From Bacteroidales bacterium (lineage in GTDB: Bacteria > Bacteroidota > Bacteroidia > Bacteroidales > UBA10428), in NCBI GenBank assembly GCA_016928305.1, contig JAFGKY010000152.1, positions 266 to 64,265 of the forward strand: a stretch of 64,000 nt of DNA. The letters run 5' to 3'. The notes beneath the pieces are model-generated. The model did not search any database, was not told the origin of the DNA, and saw only the letters and a program-made list of their open reading frames with translations. Of this stretch, positions 38,132-46,803 are shown piece after piece (positions within the stretch are counted from its first letter, which is position 1; each line of letters opens with the position of its first letter). The position numbers were made by a program, and so were the translations under genes.

Positions 38132-39229
38132 TTAATACAAGTCAACCATTACTGGTAAATGATCGCTGTATCCTCCCTTGTATATCGGGCCTTTATAGGT
38201 TCTGAAGGGTTCGGATCCCAAATAAATGGCATCCTCTGTCAGAAGAAATGAAGGCGCAAAGACCGAAAAGCATTCTTTGCTGGTTTTCATGCCCTTCCCG
38301 GCAATCAGCATTTCTCCCGATACTATGATCTGGTCGAGCATATTCCACTGACCCTTGTATTTATGTGTTCCCAGTTTATGGCTCTTTTCATAATCGGTTG
38401 CAAGATTATATAAAATACCCGGCAAGGGACTCTCTATAACGGGTTTTGCCTGTAATCCATCGATAAGGCTTTTATCATAAGGCCCGTCGTTGAAATCTCC
38501 CATAACCAGAACTCTTTGATGCGGATCAGTCCGGAAAACTGAATCGATCTTCAGTCGCAGTATTTTTGCTGCATATAGCCTGGCAGGTTCTGTTTCAAGT
38601 AATCCGCTGCTCCTTGATGGCCAGTGATTTACAAAAATGTGCACGGTGTCGCGTTGCCGGATAATCATTTTACCATAGAGTATATCCCGTGTGGTTTTTC
38701 CAGCATTCACGACAAACCGAACCGGAATGAAGATGTTTTCAATGACCCTGACGGTACGCGGGTTATATAACAATGCAACATCTATACCCCTGGCATCGGG
38801 AGAGTCCTTGTGAATATACCGGTATTCACATTTTACAAGGGGGGTATTATCCGTGAGATCCTGCAGAACACGGCTGTTTTCGATTTCTCCTAATCCTACC
38901 ACATCAGGAGGATTCCATCCTCCTGTGGCGATGATCACCTTGCAGACCTTTTCAAGCTTTGCCTTGTATCTGCTGTAAGTCCAGTGTAAAGCACTTCCCG
39001 GAAGAAATTCCTCATCGCTCGTCAGGGAATCGTCAACCGTATCAAACAGGTTTTCGGTGTTATAAAAAACGATTCTGATCCTGTTGATGGTTTTATCCGG
39101 TCCGTTTATGCATTCAACGATTTGGCTTTTCGCTGCAATACCTGTGATGTGAAAGGGAAGCAGGCAAGATACGATGAAAGAAATGATTGTCACAGCTTGA
39201 AATGGAACAGGCTTCCATGGTTTTAGCAA
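38132..39229 (-). CDS. Endonuclease/exonuclease/phosphatase (EEP) family protein, secreted or membrane-anchored
   Basis: 365-aa ORF with an N-terminal hydrophobic segment. The EEP-like motifs are FYNTENLFD, GDFND and SDHLPV. Confidence 0.8.
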   Translation of the reverse strand: MLKPWKPVPFQAVTIISFIVSCLLPFHITGIAAKSQIVECINGPDKTINRIRIVFYNTENLFDTVDDSLTSDEEFLPGSALHWTYSRYKAKLEKVCKVIIATGGWNPPDVVGLGEIENSRVLQDLTDNTPLVKCEYRYIHKDSPDARGIDVALLYNPRTVRVIENIFIPVRFVVNAGKTTRDILYGKMIIRQRDTVHIFVNHWPSRSSGLLETEPARLYAAKILRLKIDSVFRTDPHQRVLVMGDFNDGPYDKSLIDGLQAKPVIESPLPGILYNLATDYEKSHKLGTHKYKGQWNMLDQIIVSGEMLIAGKGMKTSKECFSVFAPSFLLTEDAIYLGSEPFRTYKGPIYKGGYSDHLPVMVDLY

Positions 39230-39232
39230 CGA

Positions 39233-40708
39233 TCAGTCCTCCTTTCTTTCAAATGCTCCAAGATCGGGTGCGGAATCGAGCAGACGGGAAGTTCCGTCAT
39301 AATCGAATTCGAGGATGGGATAAACACTGATGATTACGGCACTTCCGCTATCCTTGGCAGGTGAGAGCGTGTCAAGCCGGAAATCCAATTCAAACCGGTC
39401 GGTATCATTCACGAATTCCGGATCTTTATTAAGGACTATGGATTTGAAATGCGAAGTATCATGGATCTCAATTGAGTCAGGATTCTCTTTGATAAGACAG
39501 TGATCAAAATAATAATTAAAAAGATTTTCTTTATTTTCGACCAGTATCAACTCATTTTCCAGCGTACCATGGATAATGGTATTATAGAATGATGCCTCTT
39601 CCATTTCTCCGGTTTTTTCAACTTCAACATATTTACCTTTTGTTTCGTCATATTCGGCATATCTTATGAAGTTGGTGAGTACGATTGCCGGATTGGTCCG
39701 GTTGCCAGCAATCTGGCCACCGTAAGGTGATACGCCGTAATTGGCAAAGGTACAATGGCTAAACCTGTATTTTCCTCCCTTCAGTAAAGCGATGAGGTAA
39801 TCACCTCCGTTCACCACAATAGTATTATAACAATTGATTTCGGCATCAAAGGCATAAATTCCTGCAAATGAAATGTTTTGAATGAGGGTATTCTTAAGTT
39901 CGAGGGTGGGCCGGAGATCGGATGCATAGTAGCCAATCTGAATACCGGCAATAGAATTTCGGATGACAGCATAGTTAATGATGTTGCCGGTACTGATTGG
40001 ATCAATATAAACCGTTCCCCACTGACCGGCTATGATCCGGTAATCTTCTTCAAGCCTGTCTCCCTGAAACATGACCGGCGCTTCTTTTGTGCCGTTAATA
40101 ATGATTCTGCCCCATACCACCAGGCTGGACTGATCATGCAGAAATACCTGAACACCCGGTTCAATAGTCAGGGTATGGCCGGTATCAACCGCCATGGAAT
40201 TATATATAAGGTAAGGCTTGTCAGCGATCCAGGTTTCAGTTTCAATTATTTTTCCCCTGATCAGGTGCACATCCTGGCCATAAGCGATTAATTTAATATC
40301 CTGATAAGTGCCATTGGTAATGAATATTACCGAGTCTTTAACAATCAGCGGATTGTTGACACCGAAGGGATCGATCGTTACTTCAATAAATACAAAAAGG
40401 CTATCCTTAGGTGGAATTTCAACATTGGAAATTTCGCGTACCGGTTCACCGTCAAAATTCATCCGGTAGAACGAACTTTCGCCTCCTCCAAGGTAGACAG
40501 AAGAAATTTTTACGGGCTTGCTGTGCCGGTTGTATACCTTAAATCCCAGTGTGGCTGAACCGATGGTTGTGAATACGGTATCAAAAGAAACGGTATCCGT
40601 TGAGAATCCGAGGACTGCCCCAGGTTCGGTATAAAAACTTTCTTCCCTGCATCTCCAGCATGTGAGAATAAAAAAAAGAACAGTAATCCCGAATAAAAAC
40701 TTTTTCAT
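39233..40708 (-). CDS. Lipoprotein of unknown function (probable beta-helix/beta-rich fold)
   Basis: The ATG at 40708 gives MKKFLFGITVLFFILTCWRC. It is 4 nt from the downstream EEP gene. I recognised no catalytic motif. Confidence 0.55.
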   Translation of the reverse strand: MKKFLFGITVLFFILTCWRCREESFYTEPGAVLGFSTDTVSFDTVFTTIGSATLGFKVYNRHSKPVKISSVYLGGGESSFYRMNFDGEPVREISNVEIPPKDSLFVFIEVTIDPFGVNNPLIVKDSVIFITNGTYQDIKLIAYGQDVHLIRGKIIETETWIADKPYLIYNSMAVDTGHTLTIEPGVQVFLHDQSSLVVWGRIIINGTKEAPVMFQGDRLEEDYRIIAGQWGTVYIDPISTGNIINYAVIRNSIAGIQIGYYASDLRPTLELKNTLIQNISFAGIYAFDAEINCYNTIVVNGGDYLIALLKGGKYRFSHCTFANYGVSPYGGQIAGNRTNPAIVLTNFIRYAEYDETKGKYVEVEKTGEMEEASFYNTIIHGTLENELILVENKENLFNYYFDHCLIKENPDSIEIHDTSHFKSIVLNKDPEFVNDTDRFELDFRLDTLSPAKDSGSAVIISVYPILEFDYDGTSRLLDSAPDLGAFERKED

Positions 40709-40871
40709 CTCAATTTTGTAAACAACCATCAATATTAACGAACGATTTTAATTATTCGTGCGTAAGTTAAGGTACACGCAGAAAATAAATTTAAATTTTC
40801 GCGGACAAAGGTAAAAATAACAGAAATATGAAAGAGATACATCATCCGTTATTTTAATTTTATATTTTTAT

Positions 40872-40879
40872 TATATTTG
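40872..40879 (+). promoter_or_regulatory. Bacteroidota -7 box TATATTTG
   Basis: Exact TAnnTTTG match, 64 nt upstream of the GNAT ATG. Confidence 0.4.
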
Positions 40880-40942
40880 ATTAAGACTAATTGAAGTACA
40901 TGATATCTATACAGTAACCTACTTCCGACAAAGCAGTACCAC

Positions 40943-41446
40943 ATGGAAATAATGCAGGCAAGAGAGGCGGATTTAATCGAAATTCTTTATTTGTTGAGGA
41001 TTTGTATTCTGGATATGAATGAGAACGGACTGAAGCACTGGAACAGTGTATATCCCGGCCCGGATATAATTTGCGACGACCTGACAAAAAGATCCATCTT
41101 CCTGGTCAAGGAAAAGGGAGTATGTAAAGGGATGGTTACACTCGACAGTGTTGAACCTGAAGAGTATAAGAATATCGAATGGACTACACCGGCAAGGAAA
41201 CCGTTATTTCTGCATCGGCTTGCCGTTCATCCCAATTGGCAGGGACAGGGTATTGCCCGGATGCTGTTAAATTTTGCGGAAGAATATGCACAGAAGAATG
41301 GATATGATGCACTCAGGATTGATGTATACAGCACCAGCACGCATGCAAAGAATTTATGCAAAAAGCAGATGTTTAATGAAGCCGGAAATTACTTCAGCGT
41401 TTTTCAGCAACAACCCTTTGTTTGTTATGATAAAAAAGTAGGGTAA
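40943..41446 (+). CDS. GNAT family N-acetyltransferase
   Basis: 167-aa ORF with acetyl-CoA motif A (LAVHPNWQGQGIARMLL). Confidence 0.85.
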   Translation: MEIMQAREADLIEILYLLRICILDMNENGLKHWNSVYPGPDIICDDLTKRSIFLVKEKGVCKGMVTLDSVEPEEYKNIEWTTPARKPLFLHRLAVHPNWQGQGIARMLLNFAEEYAQKNGYDALRIDVYSTSTHAKNLCKKQMFNEAGNYFSVFQQQPFVCYDKKVG

Positions 41447-41616
41447 AACATTTCAACAGGAATATAAGGGATGATCTTATTCTGATCATGTAGAGAAATG
41501 ATATAGAGCATATTGCGTTTTAAGGTAAAATTCTGCATGAAAATTTTTTAAACAATACTTAGCCTACCTTTATTTTATATTGAAATAGTCATTAATCTTG
41601 CAGAAATTTAATGAGG

Positions 41617-41812
41617 CTCAGTTTTTCAGGAGCGTACCCGCGAACCTGCCTGCAGCAGGCAGGCTGAAAACTAAAAGCCGAACTTTCTCACGAACGAAGT
41701 GAGTAATTATCCCGATAGCGAAGCGTATGGGGATCTGGTAAATTCCCCGCCGCTTGTGGCGAAGAGCATGACAAATTGTTTATAAAAATACCCCGTCCGC
41801 TTGCGGCAGGGA
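41617..41812. repeat. Cluster of short GC-rich hairpins in an otherwise AT-rich spacer
   Basis: The cluster contains CCTGCCTG-CAG-CAGGCAGG (41645-41663) nested in CAGTTTTTCAG/CTGAAAACT. It also contains CTCAC-GAACGAA-GTGAG and ATCCCGATA-GCGAAGCG-TATGGGGAT, the latter holding GCGAAGC at 41718-41724. Two related units follow: CCCCGCCGCTTGTGGCG (41745) and CCCCGTCCGCTTGCGGCAGGG (41791). Confidence 0.6.
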
Positions 41813-41850
41813 GATTCATAATATCTTATATACTGTAATGTTTTTCTAAG

Positions 41851-43845
41851 ATGAAACAGAATGGTAATCAGGCCGGTAAATCACGTAAAAACGGCCATTC
41901 CCTGACACCGAAATTCGGCCCCGTCGACAATCTTGAAAGTTATTTACAGCCCGACTGGTGGAGAAGGATATTTAACTCAATGTATTTAAAAACTGACGCC
42001 GACGTGGTTGAAGATAAACAAATCACCAACCGTGAAATTGACCTCTTCACAGGATTTCTTAATCTGGATAAAACAATGGTAATCCTTGATCTGGCCTGCG
42101 GCCAGGGACGTCATACCCTGGAGCTGGCCCGTCGGGGATTCCGGTTTGTCAATGGCCTTGACCGTTCGCATTATCTCATCCGTAAGGCTAAAAATATATG
42201 TGCATCCGAGGGTCTTTCAGCAAGTTTTAAAGAAGGTGATGCCAGGAAACTTCCATACCAGCCTGACACATTTGATGTGGTCATGATATTGGGTAATAGC
42301 TTTGGGTATTTTGAAAGTCTTGATGACGACATTAAAATCCTGAAGGAGGTCTTTAGGGTTTTGAAACCCAATGGCCGGTTTTTAATTGATGTTGCCGATG
42401 GAAATTATCTCCGGAACAATTTCAGCCCGCGCAGCTGGGAATGGATAGATAACAAGCATTTCGTATGCCGTGAACGTTCCCTGGCTTCCGACAATCAACG
42501 GCTGATTTCACGTGAAGTGATTTCCAATATCAACAAGGGAGTGATTGTAGACCAGTTTTATGCAGAGCGTTTGTATTCCCGGGAATCGCTGGAGGAAATA
42601 CTCTCCAAAAGCGGTTATAAGGAGATCAGTTTTCTGGGCAGTTATTCCACTGAATCCAGGCGCAACCAGGATCTGGGTATGATGGAAAGAAGGATAATTG
42701 CCACGGCAACGGCACGCAAGGAATGGACACCTGTCAGGGCTAAAAAAGCGGGACTTAAAACGGTAGCCGTTGTTATGGGCGATCCTGAAAGACCGGATAT
42801 CATTAAGCCAAGCAACGTATTTGACAAAGACGATATAGAAACCGTCATGAATTTGAAGATTGCACTGGGAGAACTTAAGGAATATCGTTTCATTTACCAG
42901 TCGAACCATACTACTTTGTTTAATGACCTGCAAAAGCTGAGGGGCAAAGTTGACTTTGTATTTAATTTATGCGACGAAGGCTTCAATAACGATCCGAGAA
43001 AGGAACTTCATGTTCCGGCTATGCTGGAAGTCCTGAATATTCCTTACACAGGTTCCAATCCGCAATGCCTGACCTATTGCTATGACAAATCACTTATCCG
43101 TGGTATAGCAAAAGAAATGGGAGCCCCTGTAGCAGATGGGCTTTATATTAAGCCTGAAGATAATGTCTTCGAGATGAATATTGACTTTCCGGTTATCATC
43201 AAACCCAATTTTGGTGACAGCAGTTTTGCCATAACAAGGGAAAGTGTTGCCTATAACCTCGAAGGGCTTAATGATGCCATTATCAGGATTCGTGAAAAAG
43301 TTGGTTATGAAAAACCCATTTTGCTCGAAGAGTTTCTTACCGGAAAAGACCTGACGGTTGGCATAATTGGTAATCCTCCGGATCCATACACATTCCTGCC
43401 GATTGTGGAAGAGGATTATTCTGATCTGCCCCCTGATTTGCCCAGGATTTGCGGATATGAAGCCAAATGGATCGTTGATTCACCGTATTTCAGATTGCTG
43501 AAATCCGTGCCGGCTAACCTTCCCGAAGAAACCGAGAAGGTAATCATGGAGCATTGTCTAAGGTTGTTTGAAAGACTGGATTGCAAAGATTATGTTCGGT
43601 TTGACTGGCGCCTCGATCAAAATGGTGCACCTAAATTGCTCGAGGTGAATCCCAATCCCGGATGGTGCTGGGATGGTCATTTGGCCAAGATGGCTGCCAT
43701 TAAAGGCATATCGTATCCGGAGATGCTGCTGAACATATTGCAGACAGCAGAACAACGGATCAACAACGAAATGCAGGGGGTGAAAACCGATGAAAAAAAA
43801 ATAGTAGAGACATTGCATGCAACGTCTCCATATAATGTTATTTAG
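41851..43845 (+). CDS. Fusion protein: class I SAM-dependent methyltransferase (N) + D-Ala-D-Ala-ligase-like ATP-grasp (C)
   Basis: 664-aa ORF. The methyltransferase motif I is ILDLACGQGRHT and post-I is VNGLDRS. The C-terminal half has Ddl-like ATP-grasp motifs (PVIIKPNFGDSS, LLEEFLTGKDLTV, LLEVNPNPGW). Confidence 0.8.
   Translation: MKQNGNQAGKSRKNGHSLTPKFGPVDNLESYLQPDWWRRIFNSMYLKTDADVVEDKQITNREIDLFTGFLNLDKTMVILDLACGQGRHTLELARRGFRFVNGLDRSHYLIRKAKNICASEGLSASFKEGDARKLPYQPDTFDVVMILGNSFGYFESLDDDIKILKEVFRVLKPNGRFLIDVADGNYLRNNFSPRSWEWIDNKHFVCRERSLASDNQRLISREVISNINKGVIVDQFYAERLYSRESLEEILSKSGYKEISFLGSYSTESRRNQDLGMMERRIIATATARKEWTPVRAKKAGLKTVAVVMGDPERPDIIKPSNVFDKDDIETVMNLKIALGELKEYRFIYQSNHTTLFNDLQKLRGKVDFVFNLCDEGFNNDPRKELHVPAMLEVLNIPYTGSNPQCLTYCYDKSLIRGIAKEMGAPVADGLYIKPEDNVFEMNIDFPVIIKPNFGDSSFAITRESVAYNLEGLNDAIIRIREKVGYEKPILLEEFLTGKDLTVGIIGNPPDPYTFLPIVEEDYSDLPPDLPRICGYEAKWIVDSPYFRLLKSVPANLPEETEKVIMEHCLRLFERLDCKDYVRFDWRLDQNGAPKLLEVNPNPGWCWDGHLAKMAAIKGISYPEMLLNILQTAEQRINNEMQGVKTDEKKIVETLHATSPYNVI
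43807..43828. repeat. Second copy of the GCATGC-centred palindrome (GAGACATTGCATGCAACGTCTC)
   Basis: One mismatch from perfect symmetry and 21/22 identical to 38099-38120. It lies in the last 13 codons of the MT-ATP-grasp ORF and 10 nt from the convergent DHS-like stop. Confidence 0.9.
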
Positions 43846-44860
43846 AAAATAATTTATTCCATTCGCGTCCGGTCCGCTTTTCCCATACCCGGCTGTGATA
43901 TGCATAACCGGCTATGAGTGGCAATACCGTGGTTGCTTCAGCATATACCATCTGTTCATACTTGGTGTCCACTTTACCCCATGATGATGCTTCCTGTAAG
44001 GTGGATGATGAACAGGCTCCATCCCTGACATCGGCAACGGTTATTTGTACGGCATATTTGTGAACCGGAACAGGTTTCCCGAGTATTTCAGCGCAAACAA
44101 CTACATCCTGGGCGAAATTCTTCGGAACGCCACCCCCGATCATAAATAATCCTGTAGTGTTGGCAGCAATCTTAATCATGGTAAGTTCCCTGAAATCTCT
44201 TACAGAATCAATGGTGACATGCCTGTCCGGACTTTCCCACTGGTGTTTAACGAGACCGAATCCGGCACTGCTGTCTGAAAAGGCGGGACAAAAAATCGGT
44301 ACATTATTCTCATAGGCAGCCTGCACGAGTGAATCCTTTTTTATCGAGTTTTTTATGAGATACTTTCCGAGTTCCTGGATGAATTCACGTGAGCTGTATG
44401 GACGTGGTTTCAGCGAATCAGCCACCAGTTTTATTGTGCCATCACATACCTGTAGGTCATCCTCATCTATGTATGTGTCGTAAATACGATCAATATAAAA
44501 TTCTCTCAGTTTTTTGTCGGGTATTTCCAGGTTGCCTCTGTAATGTCTGAAGCCAAGGGCTTCAAAGAAATCCATGTCAATAATGGAAGCGCCGGTGGCG
44601 ACAATTGCATCGATCATACGGTTTTTTACCATGTCAACATATACCTGCATACATCCTCCTGCGCTTGTGCTGCCAGCCAGGGTGAGAATAATGGTACATT
44701 CCTTGTCATTTAACATCCTCAGGTAAATGTCAGCAGCATTGGCCGTATCACGCGATGAAAATGACATCTTTCGCATGGAGTCAATAACCGTGGTTGGATC
44801 GAACGCTTTAATATCAATGTGTTCAATCGGCTCTTTCAATAATTCACGTTTTGCAGTCAT
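43838..44860 (-). CDS. Deoxyhypusine synthase-like (DHS/homospermidine-synthase family) protein
   Basis: 340-aa ORF with motifs LAGSTSAGG and ATGASIIDMDFFEALG. The catalytic-Lys context EASSWGKV is present. Its 3' end overlaps the convergent gene by 8 nt. Confidence 0.88.
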   Translation of the reverse strand: MTAKRELLKEPIEHIDIKAFDPTTVIDSMRKMSFSSRDTANAADIYLRMLNDKECTIILTLAGSTSAGGCMQVYVDMVKNRMIDAIVATGASIIDMDFFEALGFRHYRGNLEIPDKKLREFYIDRIYDTYIDEDDLQVCDGTIKLVADSLKPRPYSSREFIQELGKYLIKNSIKKDSLVQAAYENNVPIFCPAFSDSSAGFGLVKHQWESPDRHVTIDSVRDFRELTMIKIAANTTGLFMIGGGVPKNFAQDVVVCAEILGKPVPVHKYAVQITVADVRDGACSSSTLQEASSWGKVDTKYEQMVYAEATTVLPLIAGYAYHSRVWEKRTGREWNKLFSK

Positions 44861-44877
44861 CCCTTTTTAAGTTTATG

Positions 44878-44885
44878 CAAACTTA
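44878..44885 (-). promoter_or_regulatory. Bacteroidota -7 box TAAGTTTG
   Basis: Exact TAnnTTTG match on the minus strand, 18 nt upstream of the ATG at 44860. Confidence 0.4.
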
Positions 44886-44949
44886 TAATTTAACCCGAAT
44901 AATTCACAACGCGTGTAAAAAAATGTTTGATATTGTTTTTTATACTTAT

Positions 44950-44957
44950 TAAATTTG
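44950..44957 (+). promoter_or_regulatory. Bacteroidota -7 box TAAATTTG
   Basis: Exact TAnnTTTG match, 49 nt upstream of the ATG at 45006. Confidence 0.35.
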
Positions 44958-45005
44958 CAGCTCAACATGTAGTTCTTTTAATACCTCACTCCAAAACTGA
45001 TCCTT

Positions 45006-45194
45006 ATGGACAAATGCAAGTGTATTAAGCAGTTCGATGATACTGAAGTGTCATTTTCCGAGAATTACTTTTATGATTACGATTATATTCCTACAGTAGC
45101 CGATTATCCGGCTACATACCGTGTTTACCATGACATGAAATCTTTCAGGAGGTTTTCGTTAATAGAATTTAAGCAATATTTTAAAAGATATTAG
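45006..45194 (+). CDS. Hypothetical 62-aa protein (Tyr/Asp-rich)
   Basis: An ORF with a plausible promoter box, but I recognised no domain. It ends at a TAG that is in frame with the following MCP-like remnant. Confidence 0.3.
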   Translation: MDKCKCIKQFDDTEVSFSENYFYDYDYIPTVADYPATYRVYHDMKSFRRFSLIEFKQYFKRY

Positions 45195-45392
45195 ATAGTT
45201 TATCTTTCTTTCGGAACAGGTCTGATAAAACATTCATCGGAAGAACTGGCATCGAATGCTGAAGAGCTTACCGGTCAGGTAATTGATGGAATTGATGTTT
45301 TTTTTCTTACCGAAAGCTCGGCGAACTTTCAGGAAGAACAGAAAAAACAATTGCTGCGGTTTCCAAGGATTTCCGGGATGCCACAGTATTAA
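45195..45392 (+). pseudogene. Possible C-terminal remnant of a methyl-accepting-chemotaxis-type signalling protein
   Basis: This open frame has no start codon. It translates to ...GLIKHSSEELASNAEELTGQVIDGIDVFFL..., which resembles the MCP C-terminal SSEEL(S/A)xxAEEL...FF(k)L tail. Confidence 0.3.
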
Positions 45393-45534
45393 CCTTACCG
45401 CAAAAAAGTAATCCGGTAAAAGGACGGTATAAAAATGACAGGGATTTTAAAGGATGGATTTTTCGCATATATGATCTTCATTTCTTAAGAATAACTGGTA
45501 TTGTCGCCGGGGGAAATATACTCAAATAATAAAG

Positions 45535-45602
45535 ATGTGTGAATTATGTAACTATTTCCAATAGTTATGTAATACTGTAGTTAATATATTGCCATACATT
45601 CG
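45535..45602 (+). promoter_or_regulatory. Operator-promoter module A (direct repeats 9-12-9 + 21 nt + -7-like box) upstream of GH130-GT4
   Basis: ATGTGTGAATTATGTAAC-tatttccaatag-TTATGTAAT lies at 45535-45573. After 21 nt comes TACATTCG at 45595-45602. This is one of four copies in the window. Confidence 0.75.
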
Positions 45603-45759
45603 CAAAAATTGTTTACATACTTATTAATCGGCCTTCAGGTTTTTAACCGTTTTATGAAAATGTAAAACAGCATTAAGACAGAGCAGTCTATCATTTTTCT
45701 AAAGGGCCATAATGCTTCTCACTGTATATATCTTTTTACAATTATAAAGAAATTAAAAA

Positions 45760-46803
45760 ATGATAGAGGTTAAGAAAGAAGGTATAATATTAAAGAAAAC
45801 CCATTTTGAATTTGAAAACGAAGGTGTACTAAATCCCGCAGTAATGCGCGAAGGCGACAGCGTTCATCTTTTCTACCGGGCTGTGCGAAAAGGAAATCAT
45901 TCCAGTATTGGTTATTGCAGATTGGATGGGCCATTGACGGTTGCTGAACGGTGGAGTAAACCTTTCATGGTTCCTGAATTCGATTATGAATCACATGGTG
46001 TTGAAGATGCACGTATTGTAAAGATTGATGATCAGTTTTATATGACTTATACCGCTTATGATGGAACAAATGCCCGCGGAGCTTTAGCGACATCAAAAGA
46101 TTTAAAGCATTTTAAAAAGCAGGGGATGGTTGTTCCTCTCATCACGTATGCAGAATTTGTATTCCTTGCTGAATCTGCCGGTAGAGTAAATGAAAATTAT
46201 TACCGCAATCATAAGTTTTATTACCAGAAAGCAGATCCTGAAAAAAAAATAATGTTATGGGACAAAAATGTAGTTTTTTTCCCCCGAAAAATCAGTGGGA
46301 ATCTGGTATTCCTTCACCGGATCAGACCTGGCATTCAAATTGTTTCTGTAAACAGCATGCAGGAACTCACCAAAGAATATTGGGAAAAATATTTCCTCAA
46401 CCTGCAGGAACATATCGCCCTCGACCCTGTTTATCCGCACGAGTCATGCTACATTGGCAGTGGCTGTCCTCCAATTGAAACAGAACATGGATGGTTATTG
46501 ATTTATCACGGAGTGGAAGAAACCCACCATGGTATTGTTTATTCCGCCTGTGCTGCTTTACTTGACCTGGATGATCCTTCCAAAGAGCTGGCACGGCTTC
46601 CCCATGTATTGTTTTCACCGGAATATGAATGGGAATTGCATGGCGAGGTGAATAATGTAGTTTTTCCTACCGGTACCGCCCTGTTTGGGAATTCCTTATT
46701 TATTTATTATGGTGCGGCTGATACACATATTGCCTGCGCTTCGCTGAAATTATCGGAGCTGGTGGCCGAACTGTTAACTTATACTGCGAAAGATGAAAGA
46801 TGA
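45760..46803 (+). CDS. GH130-like glycosidase/phosphorylase family protein
   Basis: 347-aa ORF. The N-terminal pattern is FENEGVLNPAVMREGDSVHLFYRAV...IGYCRLDGPL and later motifs are EDARIVKIDDQFYMTYTAYDG and IYYGAADT, typical of the beta-propeller GH130-related family. Confidence 0.8.
   Translation: MIEVKKEGIILKKTHFEFENEGVLNPAVMREGDSVHLFYRAVRKGNHSSIGYCRLDGPLTVAERWSKPFMVPEFDYESHGVEDARIVKIDDQFYMTYTAYDGTNARGALATSKDLKHFKKQGMVVPLITYAEFVFLAESAGRVNENYYRNHKFYYQKADPEKKIMLWDKNVVFFPRKISGNLVFLHRIRPGIQIVSVNSMQELTKEYWEKYFLNLQEHIALDPVYPHESCYIGSGCPPIETEHGWLLIYHGVEETHHGIVYSACAALLDLDDPSKELARLPHVLFSPEYEWELHGEVNNVVFPTGTALFGNSLFIYYGAADTHIACASLKLSELVAELLTYTAKDER

Noticed and set aside
35123-40708. SNF2 helicase plus EEP nuclease plus upstream lipoprotein as a three-gene defence system.
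   Set aside because: The EEP protein and the 39233-40708 protein both carry export or lipoprotein signals, so they act outside the cytoplasm. The SNF2 protein looks like the widespread RapA/HepA-type housekeeping helicase. A palindromic hairpin separates the units.
41851-43845. Methyltransferase plus ATP-grasp as a mycosporine-like amino acid (MAA) cluster.
   Set aside because: No DDGS/EVS-type cyclase or NRPS-like/MysD partner is present. The methyltransferase is a generic class I type rather than an obvious O-MT of that pathway.
45535-45548. Reading the conserved TGTGA in the four operators as a CRP/FNR-type site (TGTGA-N6-TCACA).
   Set aside because: No TCACA partner occurs at the N6 spacing in any copy. 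The conserved structure is a direct repeat with 21-nt phasing, not an inverted repeat.
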